Virus record (IMG/VR): IMGVR_UViG_3300005440_000009
Location: 1 to 64,000 of that record
DNA length: 64,000 nt
Reading direction: 5' to 3' (one strand)
From: a virus
Taxonomy: Duplodnaviria > Caudoviricetes
The position numbers were made by a program, and so were the translations under genes. This document shows, piece after piece, positions 54,375 to 62,778 of this stretch; the stretch's first letter is position 1, and each line of letters opens with the position of its first letter. The notes beneath the pieces are model-generated. The model was not told the DNA's origin. It saw nothing but the letters and a program-made list of their open reading frames with translations, and ran no database searches.

Positions 54375-54529
54375 GGCGCTTAGCGGCGATTGTAGCGCTC
54401 TAACACAGAATTTTTCGCGCCTTTTGGTCAGTCGTTTTTTGGTGATTTCGTTACGGGGTTCCGCAACTTTCGGGATCCGCGGCCGCTTATCCGCCGCGGC
54501 ACCGCCGCGGAGCCGCCGCAAGCCGGCCA

Positions 54530-54558
54530 TTGCGCGGCCGCTACGGCGATGTTATACC
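54530..54558 (+). promoter_or_regulatory. sigma70-like promoter of the right arm
   Basis: TTGCGC, 17 nt, extended TG-T-TATACC; ATG 8 nt downstream at 54567. Confidence 0.5.
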
Positions 54559-54566
54559 CGGCGCTT

Positions 54567-54809
54567 ATGAGCAATGAGACGGTGAGCAGCGGCCCCGATT
54601 TCGACTTCGATCCCGATCGCACCGATTGCAAGAAGTGTGGGCGGCAGAATTGCCCAGACTTCCGCCGGCGCCCTGACGGCGGCGTGACCATCGGAGAGCA
54701 CGTGGACGCGCTCGAGGGGCTCGAGGAGCCGCGGGTGGGCATCAATTTCAATGACGAGCAGGCGCGCGACCTGTGCGCTTGGCTCCGAAAACACGGCTAC
54801 GGCGACTGA
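54567..54809 (+). CDS. small zinc-finger protein
   Basis: CKKCG..CPD; first gene of the right arm. Confidence 0.55.
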   Translation: MSNETVSSGPDFDFDPDRTDCKKCGRQNCPDFRRRPDGGVTIGEHVDALEGLEEPRVGINFNDEQARDLCAWLRKHGYGD

Positions 54810-54816
54810 GGCGCCC

Positions 54817-55176
54817 GTGGACCTCTGGCTTTTGGCCTTCCAGGCCGCGGCGATGACGTTCGTGGTGACGCGAAGCGGGCTTTTTGCTCCGCTCCGAGAG
54901 CACGGCCCCGCGGGGTGGCGCTCCTTTATAGGGTGCTCGCTTTGCGTCGGGGTGTGGGTGGGGATGCTACTCACCGCGGCGCAGCTCGCGGCGGCGGGCT
55001 ATCGGCCGGCGAGCTCCGCGGTCTTCTGCTCTTGGGCGCTGATGGCGCTCGGCACCGGCGCTCTTTCGGGCGTGGTCGCCCTCGGCTTCACCGTGGCGAT
55101 CGACTTTGCCGACGGCGTCGCGAGCTCAGTGGAAAAGCTCGCAACGCGTCCGATCGCCGAACGCAAAAACGAATAG
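54817..55176 (+). CDS. DUF1360-like membrane protein
   Basis: APLRE..FIGCSLCVGVWVG plus TM helices. Confidence 0.55.
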   Translation: MDLWLLAFQAAAMTFVVTRSGLFAPLREHGPAGWRSFIGCSLCVGVWVGMLLTAAQLAAAGYRPASSAVFCSWALMALGTGALSGVVALGFTVAIDFADGVASSVEKLATRPIAERKNE

Positions 55177-55188
55177 CGAGACGGATCG

Positions 55189-55440
55189 ATGGTGCACACG
55201 AAAATCCGCGGTGAACTAACGAGCTTTACTCTGAGCTCGAAAGGCGAGGCTCTCCCCGGCGAATACGCCGAGGCGAGGAGCGCGCGGCGCGCGCTGCAAT
55301 TCTGCAAGCACACGCTTCAAATGCTCGAGGACACGATCAACGTCGGCGAGCATCGCTTGATCACGAGCGTGGACCTCCGCTGCTATTCGCGGCTCTGCCA
55401 CGACTGCTCCATGGCCAAGGCGCGGGAGGCGTTCAAGTGA
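55189..55440 (+). CDS. hypothetical protein
   Basis: 83 aa with Cys cluster. Confidence 0.5.
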   Translation: MVHTKIRGELTSFTLSSKGEALPGEYAEARSARRALQFCKHTLQMLEDTINVGEHRLITSVDLRCYSRLCHDCSMAKAREAFK

Positions 55441-55544
55441 TCGACTGGGCGTGGATCGTGATCGACCTGCTCATTCTCTACGTAGCGGCGGGCGTCGGCT
55501 ATCAGATCGGCGTCGTGGTTGGCCGGCGGGAGCATCGCAAGTGA
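55437..55544 (+). CDS. 35-aa TM microprotein
   Basis: hand-translated MIDWAWIVIDLLILYVAAGVGYQIGVVVGRREHRK; GTGA overlaps at both ends. Confidence 0.55.
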   Translation: MIDWAWIVIDLLILYVAAGVGYQIGVVVGRREHRK

Positions 55545-55762
55545 CGCCGCCGCTCGTGACGGTGCATTGGTCGGAGTGGCTGCTCGTCCCGACGACCGTG
55601 AAGATCGGCTGCGACGAGTCGAGCTCGAGCATTGCGATGATGACCGCAGACGGGCAAAGCGGGCTCGATGACTCGAGCCGCCGCTTCGACTTCGACACGA
55701 CGCGCGTCACTTGCGCCGACTGCAAAGCGCTAATCGCCGAAGCGCTCCAGGTGCGGCCGTGA
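55541..55762 (+). CDS. hypothetical protein
   Basis: VTCADC; GTGA-coupled. Confidence 0.5.
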   Translation: MTPPLVTVHWSEWLLVPTTVKIGCDESSSSIAMMTADGQSGLDDSSRRFDFDTTRVTCADCKALIAEALQVRP

Positions 55763-55887
55763 AACGCGCTTGTCCGTTCTGTGGGCGGACGCTCCGCTAT
55801 CGGAGTCGGCATGCTTGTTACAAGTGCTTGCCGCAACTCGTGTCGGCGTTGATTGCTCTCAGCAAGTTCGCGCGGAGTCTCCGGTGA
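55759..55887 (+). CDS. 42-aa zinc-finger microprotein
   Basis: hand-translated MKRACPFCG..ACYKC; GTGA overlaps at both ends. Confidence 0.55.
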   Translation: MKRACPFCGRTLRYRSRHACYKCLPQLVSALIALSKFARSLR

Positions 55888-56081
55888 GCTACGACAAGAC
55901 CCCAATTCCGGTGACCTGGACGCACGCTTGCGGCTTTCGCGAAGTGGTGTGCGGCAAGCGCACGGCGGACACGACGCTTTACTGTCCGCGGCACCGCATT
56001 TGGACTGCGGAGCTCTGCCATGCGTGCAGGCGCTGCGCAGAGTGCAAAGCCGCCCGCCGTGGCCTGGAGTTTTCGCGGTGA
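55884..56081 (+). CDS. Cys-rich microprotein
   Basis: CHACRRCAEC; GTGA-coupled. Confidence 0.5.
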   Translation: MSYDKTPIPVTWTHACGFREVVCGKRTADTTLYCPRHRIWTAELCHACRRCAECKAARRGLEFSR

Positions 56082-56296
56082 AATGCGAGGCGCAATGGTT
56101 TTGCATCAACAACAACGGCAAGCGCCCGACGCCGTGCAAACAGCCGGCGTCGATCGAGATCGACGGGCGTCGACTCTGCTACGTGCACCATTCGGTCGTG
56201 AAGGCGGGTTACGCGACCCTCGCGCAAGTGCTCGCGGGAGAGCGACCGCGGCGCGCCACCGATCACTCTTCACCGCCTGGGGACGTGGTCTCGTGA
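56078..56296 (+). CDS. Cys/His microprotein
   Basis: CEA..C..PCKQPA..LCYVH. Confidence 0.5.
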   Translation: MKCEAQWFCINNNGKRPTPCKQPASIEIDGRRLCYVHHSVVKAGYATLAQVLAGERPRRATDHSSPPGDVVS

Positions 56297-56511
56297 CCGA
56301 CAAGCAACGCCCGTCGGTCGTTTCGCTAAACGGCATCTGCTCGAGTTGCTCTCGGATGGAGCCGCTCTTCCGGAACCCGCTCGGCCCCTTGGCGCTTTGC
56401 TACGAGTGCTTACGAGACCGCGAGCCGCTCGCGAGCGAGAGCCAGTGCATGTGTCCGCAGTGGGTGATTCGGGGCGATTGCCCGACTCATGGTTTTCCGA
56501 TTCCGAGGTAG
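56293..56511 (+). CDS. Cys-rich microprotein
   Basis: CSSC..LCYEC..CMC..DCPTHG. Confidence 0.5.
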   Translation: MTDKQRPSVVSLNGICSSCSRMEPLFRNPLGPLALCYECLRDREPLASESQCMCPQWVIRGDCPTHGFPIPR

Positions 56512-56529
56512 CGACGAGAGGAGAATGCG

Positions 56530-56712
56530 GTGAGCGACGACAAACGGTGTAACCACGGATTTCTGCGCGGTCTCTGCGTCATGAATAACCGCGCCCACTT
56601 CGATGGCGCGAGCGATTGGAAAGCGCGGCTCAAGACGCGCTTCAGCCACGCCAAGGGTGACGGGCGCGTAATTCGGGTCAAGAGCGTCACGCAAAAGGAG
56701 CGGGTGCGATGA
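56530..56712 (+). CDS. hypothetical protein
   Basis: GAGGAG RBS; CNHG..LC. Confidence 0.5.
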   Translation: MSDDKRCNHGFLRGLCVMNNRAHFDGASDWKARLKTRFSHAKGDGRVIRVKSVTQKERVR

Positions 56713-57485
56713 GCGACGAAGCACGCGCAGCGGTCGCTTACATCGAGCGCGATTCCGATCACCGCATCCTATGCGTCTGGAACAAACGTTACGGCGGATG
56801 GGGGATGCCGGGCGGAAAGGTCGAAGACAATGAGACCGTGGTGCAGGCGCTTGCTCGCGAGCTCGGCGAGGAAACCGGTCTATCGATCGCGGGGCAGCCC
56901 GAGGCGATTTACGATGCGCCGCACAGGACCAAGCCGATTCCCGGAGTCAGCGGCCGCGGCTCGCGGGTGCTCGTGTTTCGCGTTTGGGCACGCGGGGAGC
57001 CCAAGGAAATGGAACCGGGGTGTCCGGTTACTTGGCTCACGCGCGAGGAATTCCTTCGGTGGTCGCCGTTCCGGGATTTTTATGAGCTGATGTTCGAGAC
57101 GATTTTTCCTCCGGAGTGCAGCTGTGCGGAAATTCAGCGGCAAGATCCGAAGCGGCATTTCAAGGGGTGCGCTCTCCGCGTCGAGATCGCTGAAGCGCGC
57201 TGCTGTTGCGCGAAGATTCACTTCCCGTCGGGCGAGGTTTTCGGAAATCCCTGCCCCGCCTGTCCGCTCCACGGCGACAACGCTGTGCATGCAGCCCAAC
57301 TTGGCCAGCGGCTGACCGGCGGCGGCCCGCTCACTTATCCCGACGGGAGTCTCGTCGAGGGGCCTCGGTGCACTTGCCCCCAGCTCGCCGATGGCTCCGA
57401 TCGAATCACCAACTCAGGCTGTCCAGTCCACGCATCGACCGTTGCGGTGACGGAAGGCTTTCAGGAGCGAAAACCAAATGGCTAA
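56709..57485 (+). CDS. NUDIX hydrolase with Cys-rich C-terminal extension
   Basis: Nudix box GGKVEDNETVVQALARELGEETG; three CxC..C(P)xH units. Confidence 0.85.
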   Translation: MSDEARAAVAYIERDSDHRILCVWNKRYGGWGMPGGKVEDNETVVQALARELGEETGLSIAGQPEAIYDAPHRTKPIPGVSGRGSRVLVFRVWARGEPKEMEPGCPVTWLTREEFLRWSPFRDFYELMFETIFPPECSCAEIQRQDPKRHFKGCALRVEIAEARCCCAKIHFPSGEVFGNPCPACPLHGDNAVHAAQLGQRLTGGGPLTYPDGSLVEGPRCTCPQLADGSDRITNSGCPVHASTVAVTEGFQERKPNG

Positions 57486-57747
57486 ACCCATCGAATACGA
57501 AAACGTCGCGGGTGGGGAACGCTTCCCTGATGGCGTTAAGAAACCCGAAGCGCCGACTCTCCTTCCGATCCCGATGCTCATCTGGTGTCCGATGTGCTCG
57601 GCGCGGCATATCGACGTCGGGGAATTCGCGACGAAGCACCATCACACGCACTCGTGTCAAAAATGCGGCCTCACTTGGCGGCCGGCGATCGTGCCCACGG
57701 TCGGCGTCGCGTTTCTGCCGGGGTTTAAGGACGTGGAGGAGCCATGA
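57478..57747 (+). CDS. zinc-ribbon protein
   Basis: WCPMC..HID..HSCQKCG. Confidence 0.55.
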   Translation: MAKPIEYENVAGGERFPDGVKKPEAPTLLPIPMLIWCPMCSARHIDVGEFATKHHHTHSCQKCGLTWRPAIVPTVGVAFLPGFKDVEEP

Positions 57748-57911
57748 TCGGCGACCACCAACCCGGCTGTCCGCTCGGCTCGGCGCTCGGTCCGGTTGCG
57801 ATCGAGTGCAAGCACGGCTTCGACGTTTGCCCACAATGCGATCCGTGTCTCTGCGAAGAGATTGAGACGGATCTACTCGCTCGCGAAAGCAATGCAGCCG
57901 AGGAGACATGA
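57744..57911 (+). CDS. 55-aa Cys-rich microprotein
   Basis: hand-translated MIGDHQPGC..ECKHGFDVCPQCDPCLC; ATGA overlaps at both ends. Confidence 0.55.
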   Translation: MIGDHQPGCPLGSALGPVAIECKHGFDVCPQCDPCLCEEIETDLLARESNAAEET

Positions 57912-58282
57912 TGCGCCTAACGATCAGAAAGAGTGATTGGACCGACGATTGGTGGCTGATCGAACGCGCCGAACACGACGGCCGCGTATGGATGGAGCCA
58001 GTCGCCCCGCACGTGATGGCGCTCCGCACGAGCTCCCGGTTTTCGGATGCGGACGTAGAAGGCTACGGCTCGGAGATGCTCGCGATCGCGGCGGCGATCA
58101 CCGCGCGCTCGAGCTTTCGAGCGAAGCGGTGCGCCGTCGAGGTCATGGGCGACGTTGTCGCATTCCGGTCGCCACGCAATAGCCAAGAGGACGGCATCGT
58201 CACGCTCGCGGAGGCGGACGAGATCGCGGCGGAGATTGTCGCGACCGTTCCCCAAAGCAATGAAACCACGGAGCGCAAATGA
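57908..58282 (+). CDS. hypothetical protein
   Basis: 124 aa, coupled. Confidence 0.55.
   Translation: MMRLTIRKSDWTDDWWLIERAEHDGRVWMEPVAPHVMALRTSSRFSDADVEGYGSEMLAIAAAITARSSFRAKRCAVEVMGDVVAFRSPRNSQEDGIVTLAEADEIAAEIVATVPQSNETTERK
58250..58282 (+). repeat. gene-junction repeat (further copies at 59058, 60114, 61255, 61661)
   Basis: CCCCAAAGCAATGAAACCACGGAGCGCAAATGA; 28/33 identical to 59058-59090. Confidence 0.75.
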
Positions 58283-58737
58283 AAGTCGGAGTCCGCTACG
58301 AACCCGTGCTCGACGCTAATGGCCAACCGTTGCTCAACGAGGACGCGCAGCCGCTCACGCGAGAGGTATTGGCCGATCCGATGACCAGCGTGCTGCTGAA
58401 CGCGGACAAGATCGCTGCTTTCGCTCAAGAGTATCTTGCTCGCTTCGAAGCGTTGATTGAGGCGCGCACGCTTTGGCACACGAGCATCGCTCGCGCGAGT
58501 CAACGCTTGCGCACGTTTTGCAAAGACAATGAGATCCTGAGCTTTGAAGCGCTAGCCGCTACCAGCGTCCGAGCGATGCTGCGCACGCCAAACGTCGGCC
58601 GGAAGACAGTGAAGGAAGCTCATTGTCTTTGCGCCGATCAGGGTCTCGACCTTGTCGATTACGCCGAGTGGCGCGAAGCCGGATACCCGCAAGGGTGGGG
58701 CGCCCCCGAAGACAACACAACCAAGGAGCCAAGGTGA
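58279..58737 (+). CDS. RNA polymerase alpha-subunit CTD homologue
   Basis: ASQRLRTFCKDNEILSFEAL..RAMLRTPNVGRKTVKE..GLDL matches the alpha-CTD HhH pattern. Confidence 0.75.
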   Translation: MKVGVRYEPVLDANGQPLLNEDAQPLTREVLADPMTSVLLNADKIAAFAQEYLARFEALIEARTLWHTSIARASQRLRTFCKDNEILSFEALAATSVRAMLRTPNVGRKTVKEAHCLCADQGLDLVDYAEWREAGYPQGWGAPEDNTTKEPR

Positions 58738-59090
58738 TGGCGCGCTGTTCGTCGAAAAGCGGGCGACACCAATGCGAGGCACGGAAGGGCCATCGGGGGT
58801 TCCACTACTCTGGAAACCCGCGGGGCGGCTCGCAGATTGTTTGGAAGAACATTGCACGCCGCCGCGCTCGTCGCCCAAAAGACACCACCAGCCGCACTGA
58901 ACTTGCTGCGGCTCACGTGCTTTTCGGAATGCTCGAGCTTGGGAGCATCTACCTCGGGGAACACGTCACCGAAAACCTGATGCTGATGGCGTTCGGGCTT
59001 CCACCGAAGCTTCCAGGCGAGACACATGCAGCGTGGACGGCACGCAACAAGATCGCCCCCCAAAGCACCCAAACCCCGGAGCCCAAATGA
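58737..59090 (+). CDS. hypothetical protein
   Basis: TGATG coupling. Confidence 0.5.
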   Translation: MARCSSKSGRHQCEARKGHRGFHYSGNPRGGSQIVWKNIARRRARRPKDTTSRTELAAAHVLFGMLELGSIYLGEHVTENLMLMAFGLPPKLPGETHAAWTARNKIAPQSTQTPEPK

Positions 59091-59494
59091 AAAAGATGCA
59101 GTTCGATTATTACGAAGTTCCGGAAACGGGCTTCGAGGTCACCTCTTGGTGTCCAGCTCCGGAGCCAGTCGTGCCATGCACGCAAGTGCACTTGGCGATT
59201 CCGGCTCCGGGTGGAAAGGCGCTGATTCGCTTCAAGTCGCCGAAGACGCTCGACCGCTTGATCGAAGCGCTCATCGACAATCGCGTGCACGTCTGGGGCG
59301 AGCCCACCGACGCAGACTTCAAGCGTGCTCGCGCTGGACTGATTGATCTCGGTCCGGGCGAACCCGGGCCGAGCGGTCCGGGGTGCACGTGCGGGGTCAT
59401 GATTGCAACCGCGATGACGACCGACGGAAGCGTGATCCCGCACGCGCCAGGATGTCCGGCTGGCAAAGTGACCGGGCTCGCTCCGGTGAAGTGA
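59087..59494 (+). CDS. hypothetical protein
   Basis: ATGA coupling. Confidence 0.5.
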   Translation: MKKMQFDYYEVPETGFEVTSWCPAPEPVVPCTQVHLAIPAPGGKALIRFKSPKTLDRLIEALIDNRVHVWGEPTDADFKRARAGLIDLGPGEPGPSGPGCTCGVMIATAMTTDGSVIPHAPGCPAGKVTGLAPVK

Positions 59495-59760
59495 TGGCGA
59501 CCACCGAGGTTTGCATGAGTCTTTTGGATGCCGACGGTTTCGTCGGCCGGGGTACAGGATCTTCCGAACACCTCGGCGTGCAGCTCGAATCGGCTGGGGC
59601 GGCATTGCGCCTCGCAAAGCTCCTACGCGAGTGGGCGGATTTCGTTGAAGAGCAAACTCAGAACCCGTGCTCGCTCGACACCTGGGCGCGCCTGGGCACC
59701 GCCGCTGAACCCGAGACGATTGCGGAGTACGGAATGCCACCGGCGGAGTCGAAGAAATGA
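59494..59760 (+). CDS. hypothetical protein
   Basis: TGATG coupling. Confidence 0.5.
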   Translation: MATTEVCMSLLDADGFVGRGTGSSEHLGVQLESAGAALRLAKLLREWADFVEEQTQNPCSLDTWARLGTAAEPETIAEYGMPPAESKK

Positions 59761-60152
59761 GCGAGGGCTGGTCGTGGCTCGCGCTCGCGTCTGCGATGGG
59801 CCACGAGGGCGCGACGCAAGTACTCGAGGAGCACGCCCGCGAATGCTTCAAAGACTGGAAACCCGCGGACACCCTAAAAGCGGAGAACCCAATGGACGAA
59901 CCCATCCCCGATCTTCTGCTCAAAGTCGCCGACGTGCTGCATTTCCTCGGCCGCTACCGCGAAGCTAACGTCCTGACTCTTCTCTCGCGCTGGCTCCGAG
60001 CTCGCGGCATAGAGACCGACGAAGCGCTCGAGGCCGCCGTGCGCACCGCGGAGCGGGACGCTGAAGATATCGCCGCCCGCCGAGAGCGCGTGGAGAGGCT
60101 GTGCGCAGCCGCAGAACCCGAAAGTACGGAAACCCCGGAGCCCTCCAAATGA
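59757..60152 (+). CDS. hypothetical helical protein
   Basis: 131 aa, coupled. Confidence 0.5.
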   Translation: MSEGWSWLALASAMGHEGATQVLEEHARECFKDWKPADTLKAENPMDEPIPDLLLKVADVLHFLGRYREANVLTLLSRWLRARGIETDEALEAAVRTAERDAEDIAARRERVERLCAAAEPESTETPEPSK

Positions 60153-60168
60153 TGCGCCGGGTCCGCAC

Positions 60169-60378
60169 GTGAAGCAGATCGAGCGGCTCGACGTCCGGAC
60201 GATCATCACGATTTGCAACGGGTGCGGCCGCGAGCTCACGCACAAGCCCGATGGGGTGCTGGAAGGGGCGGAGGCGCTGATCGGGTGGATGCAGACTCAC
60301 CTTCGTCCGTGCATCTGCGGGGCTAAAACCTGCGACGTGAAGATCCCGATCGTATCCACAACCGCGGAGCAAGAGTGA
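60169..60378 (+). CDS. zinc-finger microprotein
   Basis: CNGCG..CICG..TC. Confidence 0.5.
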   Translation: MKQIERLDVRTIITICNGCGRELTHKPDGVLEGAEALIGWMQTHLRPCICGAKTCDVKIPIVSTTAEQE

Positions 60379-60827
60379 TGGTGGACATGAAGCGAGTGCA
60401 AGCGCTGGTGCCGAGTGGAACGGGCATCACCGCGCGACTCTGGCCCTTCGATCGCTCGAACCCCGTGCTCGTGGTGGGGCTCATGCTGATGCCGAAAGCG
60501 TTTTTGGAATTGCCCGAGGGGGTAAGTCGCTGGGACGAGTACGCCTCCTTTGGCGAGTACACCCGCTTCCATGGGCTCAATGGATGCACCGGTGGCGAAG
60601 CGGCGCGCGTCCGGTTTTCGATCGACGGTGAGCTTTGCATCGACGAAGAAGTCGACATGGTGGTTGGCAATCGGCTCATGCATTGCTTGCCGCGCCCGGT
60701 GCTCTTGTCGCGGTTCTCGGAGGTGGTTTGCGAGTTTTCCCACAAGGAGCTCGACGAGATTCTTTGCCCGATCATCTTCTGTGTCTCAGCGCTTCAGGCC
60801 GTCGCATCCACGGAGTCCCCGCGATGA
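60375..60827 (+). CDS. hypothetical protein
   Basis: 150 aa, coupled. Confidence 0.5.
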   Translation: MMVDMKRVQALVPSGTGITARLWPFDRSNPVLVVGLMLMPKAFLELPEGVSRWDEYASFGEYTRFHGLNGCTGGEAARVRFSIDGELCIDEEVDMVVGNRLMHCLPRPVLLSRFSEVVCEFSHKELDEILCPIIFCVSALQAVASTESPR

Positions 60828-61039
60828 AATACGAAGTTATCGCAGGCGTTGAAATGGCGCCGGCCAACGCTTGCATCGTGTGCGCCAAGACACGCCCAGC
60901 CGCCGTCAACGACTGGGGGATTTACCTCGCGGGCGCCGTTCCGCTCGGCGCTATCGTTTGCTCGGCGAAGTGCGCTCTCGTTGCTGCTCAGCGCATGGTA
61001 ACGACGGGCCGAGTCGACGCGGGGGAGCCGAAGCGATGA
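60824..61039 (+). CDS. zinc-finger microprotein
   Basis: CIVC..VCSAKC; ATGA. Confidence 0.5.
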   Translation: MKYEVIAGVEMAPANACIVCAKTRPAAVNDWGIYLAGAVPLGAIVCSAKCALVAAQRMVTTGRVDAGEPKR

Positions 61040-61290
61040 AGATCGAAGTGCGCCGAACGCATCCCCACGGGATCTTCCCAGACACCACGCTGGCGACAAC
61101 TTCGCTTGCAAAATTCGCCATCGAGGATGACGTCGGCGTGATCATCGACTTCGATGCGGGAACGGATTTTTATGTCCACTGCAATCACAAGGACCGCGAT
61201 GAGCTAGCGGCATGGTTTGCCTCCGTCGCCCTGTCTTTGTCAGTGCGTCAGACCGAACCCGAAAGTCCTGCAACCACGGAGGGCAAGTGA
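61036..61290 (+). CDS. hypothetical protein
   Basis: ATGA coupling. Confidence 0.5.
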   Translation: MKIEVRRTHPHGIFPDTTLATTSLAKFAIEDDVGVIIDFDAGTDFYVHCNHKDRDELAAWFASVALSLSVRQTEPESPATTEGK

Positions 61291-61490
61291 TGCCTGTTAT
61301 TTACGAATTTCGCAAAGCCGAATTGCTCAAGCGTGTAGCGGCGTGGGTGGACAACTGCGCGGCGCGTGCCGAGTCGTGCTCCGAGCTCGGCGAGCTTCGC
61401 CTGCAAGCCTTCGGTGCACAGCATGACGACGAAGTCACCTACGAGGTCGATATCGTGGTGACCGAGACTCTACCCGTGGAGCGCATGTGA
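61290..61490 (+). CDS. hypothetical protein
   Basis: TGATG coupling. Confidence 0.5.
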   Translation: MPVIYEFRKAELLKRVAAWVDNCAARAESCSELGELRLQAFGAQHDDEVTYEVDIVVTETLPVERM

Positions 61491-61696
61491 TGGCCGGCTG
61501 TCCAAACTGCTCGGACCTGGCGATTCAGCCCATTGCCTTTGGTGAATTCCGCGAACCGGCGTGGACCGCCGTCGGTTGGAAGAACGAAGAGGACTACGCC
61601 CACGATCAGGAAATTGATTTTTGCCCCTTTTGCGGTTTTGCGTTGCTGCCGAGCACCGCAGCCGAAAGTCTTGAATCCTCGGAGCGCAGCAAGTGA
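61487..61696 (+). CDS. zinc-finger microprotein
   Basis: CPNC..IDFCPFCG. Confidence 0.55.
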   Translation: MMAGCPNCSDLAIQPIAFGEFREPAWTAVGWKNEEDYAHDQEIDFCPFCGFALLPSTAAESLESSERSK

Positions 61697-61986
61697 GCCA
61701 GCGTAACCGCTTTGCGCGCGGCGGCAGACGTCTGGCAGTCGAGGAGCGACTGCAAGAGTGGTTACGCGCGCCGCTCGGACCTCCCTCGGCGGGTGTCGCG
61801 TTGATTTTGGCGGACGCGGGGATCGGGGCGGGCGACGTCCACAACTACATTGCAGAGCTTCCGATGAGACTCAGCCCGAACGATCTTCGCTCGTGCGCGA
61901 TCGAACACGTCTACAACACTGCAAGCAAGGCTCAGATCGGTCGATATTGGCGCTTGCTCAATCTCGAATCCCCGGAGCACAAATGA
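61693..61986 (+). CDS. hypothetical protein
   Basis: GTGA coupling. Confidence 0.5.
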   Translation: MSQRNRFARGGRRLAVEERLQEWLRAPLGPPSAGVALILADAGIGAGDVHNYIAELPMRLSPNDLRSCAIEHVYNTASKAQIGRYWRLLNLESPEHK

Positions 61987-62165
61987 AAGCGGACCTTCCG
62001 GCCGACGTGCATGCGGAGTGCCCATGGTGCGAGCTAACTCTGTGCGACAATGAGGTCCGCGCGGGGCGCTGCTACCTCTGCGGGTGGCGCGGCAACCCGC
62101 GACTCGTGAGCCACATTTCAGAGGATGTGCTGAAAGCTCTCGCAAGCCCGGAGCGGAAGCCATGA
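61983..62165 (+). CDS. zinc-finger microprotein
   Basis: CPWC..RCYLCG. Confidence 0.55.
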   Translation: MKADLPADVHAECPWCELTLCDNEVRAGRCYLCGWRGNPRLVSHISEDVLKALASPERKP

Positions 62166-62362
62166 GGGTATCTTGCTCGATCAGCGAGGTGACGCTCGAG
62201 GGCGATTACGGCGAGGTCGACGGAGTTTCTGCCGAATGCTCACGCTGCGGTCACGAGACGGAATCCTTCGGCACCAGCGAAGCGAGCATCAAGCGCTGTC
62301 TCGTGCTGCTTCGCGAGGAGTGCCCGAACGGCGAGAACAACTTTTACACGGACGAGCAATGA
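62162..62362 (+). CDS. zinc-finger microprotein
   Basis: CSRCG..ECPNG. Confidence 0.55.
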   Translation: MRVSCSISEVTLEGDYGEVDGVSAECSRCGHETESFGTSEASIKRCLVLLREECPNGENNFYTDEQ

Positions 62363-62484
62363 ACTTCTGGCAGTGGCTCGATCACAACGGCTGCGGAGCG
62401 CTGATTGCGCTCATCGCGGTCCTGATGACGCTCACCGAGATCGCCTACGCCATCGCAGGCAAAGGACGGCGCTCCGATGAGTGA
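62359..62484 (+). CDS. 41-aa TM microprotein
   Basis: MNFWQWL..ALIALIAVLMTL; ATGA. Confidence 0.5.
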   Translation: MNFWQWLDHNGCGALIALIAVLMTLTEIAYAIAGKGRRSDE

Positions 62485-62493
62485 AAAGATTCT

Positions 62494-62631
62494 GGCAGAC
62501 GCGGGCATGCGGGTTCGATTCCCGTTGGAAGGGGAATCTTCGCTCCCCCTCTGGACTCCCCCGCGAAGGGCACGAAGCCGCGTGCCCTCGAATCCCGAGC
62601 GGTCTTTGCGCCCGCCGGTTCTTTCGCTGCC
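62494..62631 (+). ncRNA. candidate multibranch structured RNA with a tRNA-like T-arm
   Basis: GGCAG/CTGCC and GCGGG/CCCGC outer stems enclose GCGGG-TTCGATT-CCCGT, GGGGA/TCCCC and AGGGCACG/CGTGCCCT hairpins. Confidence 0.4.
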
Positions 62632-62682
62632 GAGCGCGCAATTTTCGTTACTGGTAACCCAACTTTTGAGGAGCGGTGAGCC

Positions 62683-62778
62683 ATGTACCCCTTGACCTGT
62701 CAGAAGTGCGGCACCGTCGACTGCAAGCGGCATCCGCTGCACATGATTTGGCTCCGGCTCCGGTGGCTTTTTTCTTGA
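62683..62778 (+). CDS. 31-aa microprotein
   Basis: GAGGAGCGGTGAGCC-ATG; MYPLTCQKCGTVDCKRHPLHMIWLRLRWLFS; TGA overlaps the HNH TTG. Confidence 0.45.
   Translation: MYPLTCQKCGTVDCKRHPLHMIWLRLRWLFS

Noticed and set aside
58250-61696. CRISPR array or integron attC sites from the junction repeats
   Set aside because: Degenerate, irregularly spaced, inside coding ends, not palindromic; no cas or integrase genes
62494-62530. tRNA gene
   Set aside because: T-arm and D-loop-like text present, but no anticodon arm, acceptor stem or CCA
62477-62695. 72-aa ORF in the track
   Set aside because: No protein-like features; coincides with the strongly paired region
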